Source: an uncultured bacterium (GTDB taxonomy: Bacteria > JAJVIF01 > JAPKYR01). From it: a stretch of DNA of 13,686 bases. The notes under the pieces were generated by a model that was not told the DNA's origin, made no database searches, and was given only the letters and a program-made list of their open reading frames with translations. The DNA lies in contig CBDURU010000094.1 in the NCBI GenBank assembly GCA_965369865.1, positions 1 to 13,686 on the forward strand. Reading direction: 5' to 3'. Positions 7,471 to 13,686 of this stretch are shown here, one piece after another. Position 1 is the first letter of the stretch. Every line of letters starts with the position of its first letter. A program made the translations under genes and the position numbers.

Positions 7471-7580
7471 TCCAATTCTCCATCGAATCAAAAAACCGCC
7501 CCACCAAATTTTAATAGTGTACAATTACAGTAATAAAATCGGGCAGGGGATACATGGACGACCGCCTGGGAGGTTTCGGC

Positions 7581-8807
7581 ATGAGCAGATGTATATTTCC
7601 ATTCACATTGATTTTACTGACACTCCTGGTTTTGTTCGGATGCGCGGATGATGGAACGGGTGAAATCCCGGAAGGGGCTGTCGTTGAAGTTGAAGCTACA
7701 CCCTACGAGCCAGCCGAACCGTGGCAGGCAGCTCAGCACACGTATGTTCTTTGCTACCTGGATATTTTAATAGACTGTAACGATAATTCTATACAACTTA
7801 TCGAAGACCTGACAGTTATCTACCACTATAATTTAATCCCATTCTTAAATCAGCCAAATGTAACTGCCTGGGGATTCTCTTTCGAAGAAATCTCTCTTGA
7901 TGCATCTGACCCATCATTGGTGCAGGTTGACTTCAAGCTTCATAATCAACACCCGTTTCCTACTGTAAATCAATACAATATTTTTGACTTCATGGGAGTG
8001 ATAATTACCGATGGAGAAGTTTACCCAAATCCCCAGGGACTAAGAAGGAGTGAGAGTGGTATTGATTTAGTGATGACAAACGCTGATGGCTATACGCGCT
8101 GGGGCAATAAGGATGACTTCACAACAGAGCTGATTTTTTCCAATCCACCTAAACCACAATCATTTTGGTATCTTGCCCAGCTTAACCCATTCAAATATTA
8201 TGCAAAAGGTCTCGGACCCGATGACGACCTCTGGGGTTTCCTCGAAAGCGGTTCGAATAACGATGGTCTTTTCCAGAGTGGAGATGGACGGGCAATATCC
8301 CTGGAATTTCCAAACCTACGTGAAGATGGAATTCTCTTGTTTGGTTACACTGCCGTTTGTTCCTGGCGAGACCAGGGGCCCGATGGGCCTTACACTCCAT
8401 CCCATCGTAAAGAAGCGATTGCCTGCTCCGTCAATGTTACGGATGACATTTACTATTCCAGCGACACCGATTATGGTGGAAACCTGATACTCGATTTCAG
8501 TCTCTGGGCATGGGAAGAACAACCCTCAGTTGTAATGGTGGAATCGACAGTCCTTTCTTCGCCAGTGCTCGTTACTGATCTTCCAATAAGCGTAAGTGAG
8601 AATATTTCCACATACCATCTCAATGTCACTGTGGACCAAGAGCTATCTGGCATCGAAAATCATGAATTCTGGATCATCGCAGAAAGTTCTGGTTATGATT
8701 ACATATTGCTCGAAGATGTCAAAGCACCCGATGATCCCCTCACCGCATATTTCCGATATCCGTTACATATTGCGGATGAGCCTTACAATGAAAATAAAAT
8801 TCCGTAG
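7581..8807 (+). CDS. Hypothetical lipoprotein, paralogue of the N-terminal domain of 3142-6201
   Basis: ATG at 7581 follows a GGAGG RBS (the ORF track starts at 7554). Lipobox LVLFG-C. Shares ordered motifs with the 1019-aa protein: PFLNQ, HPFP, DGYTRW, FTTELIF, LNP.KYY, DDDLW, LEFP, QGP.GPY.P.HR.EA, GGNLILD, AWE.QPS, WIIAE, FRY. Confidence 0.85.
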   Translation: MSRCIFPFTLILLTLLVLFGCADDGTGEIPEGAVVEVEATPYEPAEPWQAAQHTYVLCYLDILIDCNDNSIQLIEDLTVIYHYNLIPFLNQPNVTAWGFSFEEISLDASDPSLVQVDFKLHNQHPFPTVNQYNIFDFMGVIITDGEVYPNPQGLRRSESGIDLVMTNADGYTRWGNKDDFTTELIFSNPPKPQSFWYLAQLNPFKYYAKGLGPDDDLWGFLESGSNNDGLFQSGDGRAISLEFPNLREDGILLFGYTAVCSWRDQGPDGPYTPSHRKEAIACSVNVTDDIYYSSDTDYGGNLILDFSLWAWEEQPSVVMVESTVLSSPVLVTDLPISVSENISTYHLNVTVDQELSGIENHEFWIIAESSGYDYILLEDVKAPDDPLTAYFRYPLHIADEPYNENKIP

Positions 8808-8873
8808 AACAGCACGGCAGTGCGTCCCTATCTGAAAATGAAGATCACTTGACGCACTGCCGTGCTGTTCTAC
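8804..8873. repeat. Perfect 23-bp inverted repeat (GTAG-type REP doublet, REPIN-like) between convergent genes
   Basis: GTAGAACAGCACGGCAGTGCGTC (8804-8826) and its exact reverse complement GACGCACTGCCGTGCTGTTCTAC (8851-8873) are separated by 24 nt. The left arm includes the TAG stop of the upstream gene. Confidence 0.85.
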
Positions 8874-8914
8874 TGATTCTATTTTTTTTAAAAGGGAATT
8901 ATTAATAAAGCAGT

Positions 8915-10024
8915 TCAGGAGCCTTTTTCTCTCAGCTTCGCTTCCACAACGCAGTAAATTCCGCCTTCCTGCATGCCAGGTTTGAAGCAGCCGTTGCAGG
9001 ATATGCATTTCGCTTTTTCTTTATCCCCCTCTTCCCATCTTCGCACAAGGCCGGGTTCACGGATGAACGGCCGGGACATGGCAATGTAATCCATCCCTCT
9101 CCTGTCGATAGCTTTTTCAACGACCTCGTAACTTCTGAATCCGCCAACTACCATTAAGAGGCAGGATATAGCCTCCTCGAGCTTCCGGGCAAGGTCCAGA
9201 TTGTATGCTTCATCCTTTGGTTCCGTAATTTTTGTCCGCGCAGCGGATTTATCACCGGACGCGCCTGTTCCCGCGGATACTTCGATTGCGTCGATATCGT
9301 GCATTGAGAGCTTCCTTGCTACATAGACAGCATCGCCGATCTCGAGGCCGCCGTCCAGGAAGTCCTTTACTCCCAGCTTGATCATTACAGGATAATCATC
9401 GCCGACAGCTTCCCTGACTTTCTTATACACGTCTATGAGGAAAGTGCAACGGTCCTCCACAGTCCCGCCGTAATCGTCGGTGCGCTTGTTCATCAATGGC
9501 GACAGGAACTGGTTGATTAAAAATCCATGCGCGCCGTGAAGCTGGACTCCGTCAAACCCGTATGTTTTTGCCCGTCGTGCCGCATCGGCAAACGCTTTAG
9601 CGACAGCAGCAATATCAGCCAGGGTCATTTCTTTCGGGATCGCCTGGTAGATTGGCGCTTCAATGGCCGATGGCGCCAGTGGCCCATTATCGGATGGAGG
9701 CGACTGTCCCCCGCAATGCACGAGCTGGATCGCGATTTTTCCGTCTTCATCATGTACTGCTTTCACCAGCGCTTCCATTTCAGTTGCAAAATCATCGTTA
9801 TAGAGACCCATCATTCCAGGCGCCTGCGCACCTTCAGGACTGACGTACGTATATCCGCTTATTATCAGGCCGATGTTACCTTTCGCGAGATTGCGGTAGT
9901 ACTCGACCAGTTTTTGTGTGGGTTTTCCGTTGGGTTCGCACATACCCTCCCACGTGGCGGATCGCACCATCCTGTTTTTAAGTGTCATTCCGTTGATTGT
10001 CGTCTCGTCGAAAATAGAAGCCAT
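8915..10024 (-). CDS. NADH:flavin oxidoreductase / Old Yellow Enzyme family protein with C-terminal Cys cluster
   Basis: Motifs LKNRMVRSATWE, IAIQLVHCG, GFDGVQLHGAHGFLINQFLSP..NKRTDDYGG and SRPFIREP, plus C-terminal CISCNGC…YC. ATG at 10024 is preceded by an AGGAGA RBS (the track starts at TTG 10027). Confidence 0.92.
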   Translation of the reverse strand: MASIFDETTINGMTLKNRMVRSATWEGMCEPNGKPTQKLVEYYRNLAKGNIGLIISGYTYVSPEGAQAPGMMGLYNDDFATEMEALVKAVHDEDGKIAIQLVHCGGQSPPSDNGPLAPSAIEAPIYQAIPKEMTLADIAAVAKAFADAARRAKTYGFDGVQLHGAHGFLINQFLSPLMNKRTDDYGGTVEDRCTFLIDVYKKVREAVGDDYPVMIKLGVKDFLDGGLEIGDAVYVARKLSMHDIDAIEVSAGTGASGDKSAARTKITEPKDEAYNLDLARKLEEAISCLLMVVGGFRSYEVVEKAIDRRGMDYIAMSRPFIREPGLVRRWEEGDKEKAKCISCNGCFKPGMQEGGIYCVVEAKLREKGS

Positions 10025-10109
10025 CAAGAATCTCCTAAGCGATTACAAATTTTAAGATACAGCTGGTTTTGTTCAGAAACCTCGTGGGGGTATCCTACCA
10101 TAAGATCGT

Positions 10110-10204
10110 TCTCGACCCACATCAAATAGATGTGGGCCTACCGACACGAAAGGATATGTAACGGTAGATCTCGACCCACATCAAATAGATGTGGGCCTAC
10201 CGAC
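10110..10204. repeat. Two identical 36-bp direct repeats with internal hairpin (GTAG-type REP-like on minus strand)
   Basis: TCTCGACCCACATCAAATAGATGTGGGCCTACCGAC at 10110-10145 and 10169-10204, with a 23-nt spacer. Internal stem CCCACATC-AAATA-GATGTGGG. The minus strand reads GTAG-GCCCACATC-TATTT-GATGTGGGT. Confidence 0.85.
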
Positions 10205-10253
10205 TTCGATCTAACTCGTTCATGGATTGGTTAAACCTGTATAAAACCCCCTA

Positions 10254-12707
10254 CTATGCCGGTGGTTCTATCCAGATTTCCCACCACGTCCTGACCTTCT
10301 CGCAATTCGGTTGCTGCTCAACAGTCTGCGGTAATTCACCACGCAGCACAAGACCGCCGTTTGCGTCCCTCTCAGCCGTGCCAAGCTGGTACGTAAAACC
10401 GTAACCGAACATGAAAGGGATCTCCACCATTCTCTCGTCGTGCTGGTGGGTATCGGGCCAGTCGAAGATGGTTAAGCACTCCACCATGGATGGATCCGAT
10501 TTCACTATCATCGAGAATTGACCGCTTTCATCCGATTGAATCGTAATCTGTGCTGTTCCCTCGCCTGTATGGTCCGCCCACTGCATCGCGTCGATTGGGT
10601 CGTACGGCGTTTCGAGGTGTTTCCAGCCCCATGTAAACTTGTGGACAGATTCTGTCGATTCAACCGGTTCACCGGCCTCGATAATGATCGTCTCCCACCA
10701 GTGAAACTCGAGGATACAGTCATCACACACTTCATAACAGTAGGCATTGTGCTTGATAAATCCGCGGTAACAGTCGGGATTCACGATAGAGAAATCATCA
10801 CCGGAATAAAAACAGTCAGTTTCAGTACCAGTTTCAGCGAAAAATCCATTATGGTCCATGTCCTCGCATCCGTCTGAAGCCCCGTTGTTCGATGCCCTGT
10901 CGGAATCGGGATCGAGTTCTTTCGGTACGCCGTCGTTATCGAAATCCCTTTCACGGAGGAAATAGTCTCCTGACGGATCGAACAGGTACCCGAGCATGTC
11001 CTCTCGATCGTTAACATCATCGTCATCGCTGTCCTGGTTGTTCGGATCGGTGTGCAGCCTGTTGATCTCGTCGAAATCGTTAATCCCGTCAGCGTCGGAA
11101 TCCTGCATGAGTGAATCTTCATCGCTCCTTATCTGCCGTCCGGTCGTAGGAGGCATAATTAAACTTATGCAAAGTGACGGCTGAAACAACAACCACATCT
11201 GGGCGGTCGGACCCAAATACCACGGATCGAGTACATGAACATACGCCTCCGGAGGTCCCGGATCGTTTGGAATAACCGCATATCCGTCGATTACCGTTGC
11301 GTGCATTGCCGTAACACGTACACAAGGCCGGTCATCATCGATGTATTCCAGGATGCTGTCCATCGCGGGGGACGAGTTGTAAAATTTATCGGGTGCGTTG
11401 GTCCACCACTCGCTTGTTCCTTTTGCAGTACCGTAGATCCATTCAAGGGCTCGCTGGCAATCGATCTGGTCGGAACCCCTGCCATGCCCGAGATCGCCGA
11501 ACGGGTTACCGATATTTCCGGTTAGTACAGAACTTGATCCGTTCGTGCCGACTTCCTCGTTGATGTAATAGCTGATACGGTCCTGGCTGAGTGTATTTCC
11601 ATACTGCCCTGCGATCATCGCAAGGCTCGCGCGCACACAGTATTTAGGGTTATGTTTGCCTGCCAGGGTGGTCATCGGGTGAGCGACATCCCACGCGTAT
11701 GCACCGTCCATCCTGCACCCATCCAGGCACAGCATGTCGGTGTCCTTGTATTGCTTGATATGCGGGAGCCCCAGAATTTTATGCAACCCAAGCAGCGATC
11801 CACCGGCCTTTGAATCCCCATCCTTGGGTGCTGCGGCGATCAGGTCATCGATATTGTATGGAGCAATTGTAAAAGTTTGAGAAATGCTCCAGTCGCCATC
11901 CTCTCCCCGAACTCGCCAGTAATAATCACCTGTTTCCAGATCGGTAACCGGAAGATAAAAATCCGCGACTGTTGCTTCAAGTGTAATTTCCTGGAATTGA
12001 TCGTCAGTTGAAACCTGGAACGTGATATTCTCCGCCCATTCGAGTCCACCAGCGGCGAGATTGAATCCGGATGCTATTGTCGAACCGTCAACCGGAAGCA
12101 TGATCCAGGGTCCGGGTGGAGGATTTGGTTCGCCGGATGTCGACTGGTTTCCATCGCGAATCACCCAGTGAATTGAGCCGACAGGATTTTGAATTTCATC
12201 AGCCAGTGATGATGGAACACGAATGCAGACATCGTCGGGATTGAAAGGCTTGCTGGCATCGGGAAGGAAATCCGCATCGGGCTGGAGCGGGAGTCCGGAA
12301 AGAATTGTTGTTACAGGCGGGGCAGGGGGATATCCCCATGAGATCGCGTCGGCAGGACCATCGGGACCGATCAAGGCGCAGCCGTCACCCTGGGGATTAA
12401 AAGGATTTCCGTTTATTTCGAGAACGTGCAATCCAGAACCGGGAATTTCAGTCGAGTTGTCGGGAAATGTGTATGAAAACCCGGAGTAAAGTTCGATAGT
12501 CCAGCCGTCGAGGAGCACCGGATCGGAGGTCGGGTTAATTATTTCGATCCAGGTCTTGTCATCAGAGCCGAACGGGCTGATCTCATTAAGGAGCAGGAAT
12601 CCACCCGAATCCTGTGCCTGAATCTGTAAGTTTTCGACCGGTACGAATCCCGGAATTATTAAAATCAGCAATGATGTAATAAGCAGAAATTTATAAAGCC
12701 ATTTCAT
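10254..12707 (-). CDS. Secreted modular protein: lamin-tail (LTD)-like domain, Ig/FN3-like domain, putative C39-like cysteine peptidase domain, Asp-rich Ca-binding (TSP3-like) repeats
   Basis: Signal peptide. LTD motif LLNEI…WIEIINPTSDPVLLDGWTI…YTFP. Ig-like FQVSTDDQF…GDYYWRVRG. C39-like order P.IKQ…YCVRASLAMI…MHATVIDGY…VLDPW. Repeats DSDADGINDFDE, DSDDDDVND.ED and DFDNDGVP.E.DPDSD. Confidence 0.7.
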   Translation of the reverse strand: MKWLYKFLLITSLLILIIPGFVPVENLQIQAQDSGGFLLLNEISPFGSDDKTWIEIINPTSDPVLLDGWTIELYSGFSYTFPDNSTEIPGSGLHVLEINGNPFNPQGDGCALIGPDGPADAISWGYPPAPPVTTILSGLPLQPDADFLPDASKPFNPDDVCIRVPSSLADEIQNPVGSIHWVIRDGNQSTSGEPNPPPGPWIMLPVDGSTIASGFNLAAGGLEWAENITFQVSTDDQFQEITLEATVADFYLPVTDLETGDYYWRVRGEDGDWSISQTFTIAPYNIDDLIAAAPKDGDSKAGGSLLGLHKILGLPHIKQYKDTDMLCLDGCRMDGAYAWDVAHPMTTLAGKHNPKYCVRASLAMIAGQYGNTLSQDRISYYINEEVGTNGSSSVLTGNIGNPFGDLGHGRGSDQIDCQRALEWIYGTAKGTSEWWTNAPDKFYNSSPAMDSILEYIDDDRPCVRVTAMHATVIDGYAVIPNDPGPPEAYVHVLDPWYLGPTAQMWLLFQPSLCISLIMPPTTGRQIRSDEDSLMQDSDADGINDFDEINRLHTDPNNQDSDDDDVNDREDMLGYLFDPSGDYFLRERDFDNDGVPKELDPDSDRASNNGASDGCEDMDHNGFFAETGTETDCFYSGDDFSIVNPDCYRGFIKHNAYCYEVCDDCILEFHWWETIIIEAGEPVESTESVHKFTWGWKHLETPYDPIDAMQWADHTGEGTAQITIQSDESGQFSMIVKSDPSMVECLTIFDWPDTHQHDERMVEIPFMFGYGFTYQLGTAERDANGGLVLRGELPQTVEQQPNCEKVRTWWEIWIEPPA

Positions 12708-12731
12708 GTCTTCACCCTCTCCGGATGTAAA

Positions 12732-13670
12732 TTAATCGAGGTCCGCCTCGATATTGTAACCAAGTGTCGCGACCATGACGCGTATCGGATCGTAGTCGGA
12801 ATCTTCCGCGGGTACAAGTTCGTCAATTTCATAAATCGCATAGAACTGGCTATCCTCACCGGCCTGGCTGATCTCCATCAGGACCTCGATAAACCTGTCA
12901 TAGAAAGGGCCTACAAGGTCTTTGCGAAGGCTGACGGTATCGGACGGAATTCCTGTAGTGTATATGATGACTTTTAAATCGTCCATTACCGAGGGTTCGG
13001 TTTCTATAAGACGCTCCCTGGCGTCGTCGTAGGTCGCGCCGGCATCGACCCTTCCATTTAAAACAGCCAGGACAACCGCCTGGTGGTTCCCAACAAAAGT
13101 GGTTTCGGCAAGGTCGATGTCGGGATCAATTCCATTTTGAATCAGGAGGGTTTTCGGATAAAGGTGTCCGGATGTCGATGCGGCTTCCGTGAATCCGAAA
13201 GTTCGACCTACAAGATCCTCGATAGTATCGATCCCACTGTCGATCCTGGTAATGATCTGGCCGCGATATGTGGGGCTTCCGCGACGCACAGCTTTCAGGC
13301 GGACCTGCACACCGTAACGGTCGTGCGCCATGATGTAAGCCGATGATGGCAGCATAGCGGCCTCGAAATGCCCGGCTTCCATCTGCTCGATACAAGCGGT
13401 ATACGACAACACAACCGAAGATTCAACCGGGTGTCCGAGAATTTCGCTGACAGCAGCGTCGAATTCATCGAGATGCGTTTCAATCCCGCCAACCTCGACC
13501 GACGGCACAAACGCGATACGCACCGGCCCTTCCGGAGTGCCTTCGAGAGTGTCTTCAGAGGAAGGGTCCGGTGAATCTTCCGGTGGAGTACCCGCAGGGC
13601 AGGCTGTGAGCATGATTGAAATAAAAATGCAGATCACTACCGGAAAAATTGATTTGATTTTGAATTTCAT
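12732..13670 (-). CDS. phnD: Phosphate/phosphite/phosphonate ABC transporter substrate-binding lipoprotein (PhnD/PtxB family)
   Basis: Lipobox MLTA-C. Motifs VRIAFVPS, SYTACIEQM, YRGQII, FGFTEAASTSGHLYP, GNHQAVVLAVLNGRVDAGA, IPSD and DSDYDPIR. GAGG RBS upstream. Substrate not determinable. Confidence 0.88.
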   Translation of the reverse strand: MKFKIKSIFPVVICIFISIMLTACPAGTPPEDSPDPSSEDTLEGTPEGPVRIAFVPSVEVGGIETHLDEFDAAVSEILGHPVESSVVLSYTACIEQMEAGHFEAAMLPSSAYIMAHDRYGVQVRLKAVRRGSPTYRGQIITRIDSGIDTIEDLVGRTFGFTEAASTSGHLYPKTLLIQNGIDPDIDLAETTFVGNHQAVVLAVLNGRVDAGATYDDARERLIETEPSVMDDLKVIIYTTGIPSDTVSLRKDLVGPFYDRFIEVLMEISQAGEDSQFYAIYEIDELVPAEDSDYDPIRVMVATLGYNIEADLD

Positions 13671-13686
13671 GTTTTTTTCCTCATAA

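Noticed and set aside
5000..8780. Diversity-generating retroelement or invertible (shufflon) system between the two paralogous lipoproteins
   Set aside because: Similarity is at the protein level with divergence throughout. No near-identical TR/VR pair with adenine-specific changes, no reverse transcriptase, no recombinase and no matching crossover sites were seen.
6902..8873. Integrated prophage/ICE at tRNA-Met
   Set aside because: No integrase, no phage or conjugation genes, and no exact duplication of the tRNA 3' end in the window.
10110..10204. Bona fide CRISPR array
   Set aside because: Only two repeats, a short 23-nt spacer, no cas genes or leader. The GTAG+palindrome structure fits REP better. 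Kept only as a finding.
309..13574. Numerous 60-200 aa ORFs overlapping the main genes (e.g. 1609-2091 -, 5572-6084 +, 9527-10129 +, 10518-10877 +)
   Set aside because: They are antisense or alternative-frame shadows of well-supported CDSs and have no recognisable motifs.

Overview
Bacterial chromosomal window; the lineage cannot be determined from the sequence alone. Left to right: a compact flagellin with a sigma28-like promoter and CsrA-type leader, a membrane-anchored TPR protein, a 46-aa hydrophobic ORF below the ORF-track cutoff, and aroQ (all + strand). Then a 1019-aa modular lipoprotein (uncharacterised N-terminal domain + PKD + IPT/TIG + PQQ-like beta-propeller) and a small STAS protein (both - strand). 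Then an elongator-type tRNA-Met(CAT) with a clear sigma70 promoter and terminator, followed directly by four near-identical tandem copies of a non-coding 110-bp unit. Then a 408-aa lipoprotein consisting only of the same uncharacterised domain (+ strand). Finally an OYE-family flavin oxidoreductase, a secreted LTD/C39-like cysteine-peptidase/Ca-binding-repeat protein and a PhnD-family binding lipoprotein (all - strand). Several intergenic gaps hold REP/REPIN-like palindromes. No transposase, integrase, cas gene or reverse transcriptase is visible. The most unusual items are the tRNA-associated 4x110-bp array, whose unit resembles the tRNA 3' half plus terminator, and the divergent pair of lipoproteins sharing an unnamed ~350-aa domain. 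All product calls come from motif recognition by eye; no database search was run.
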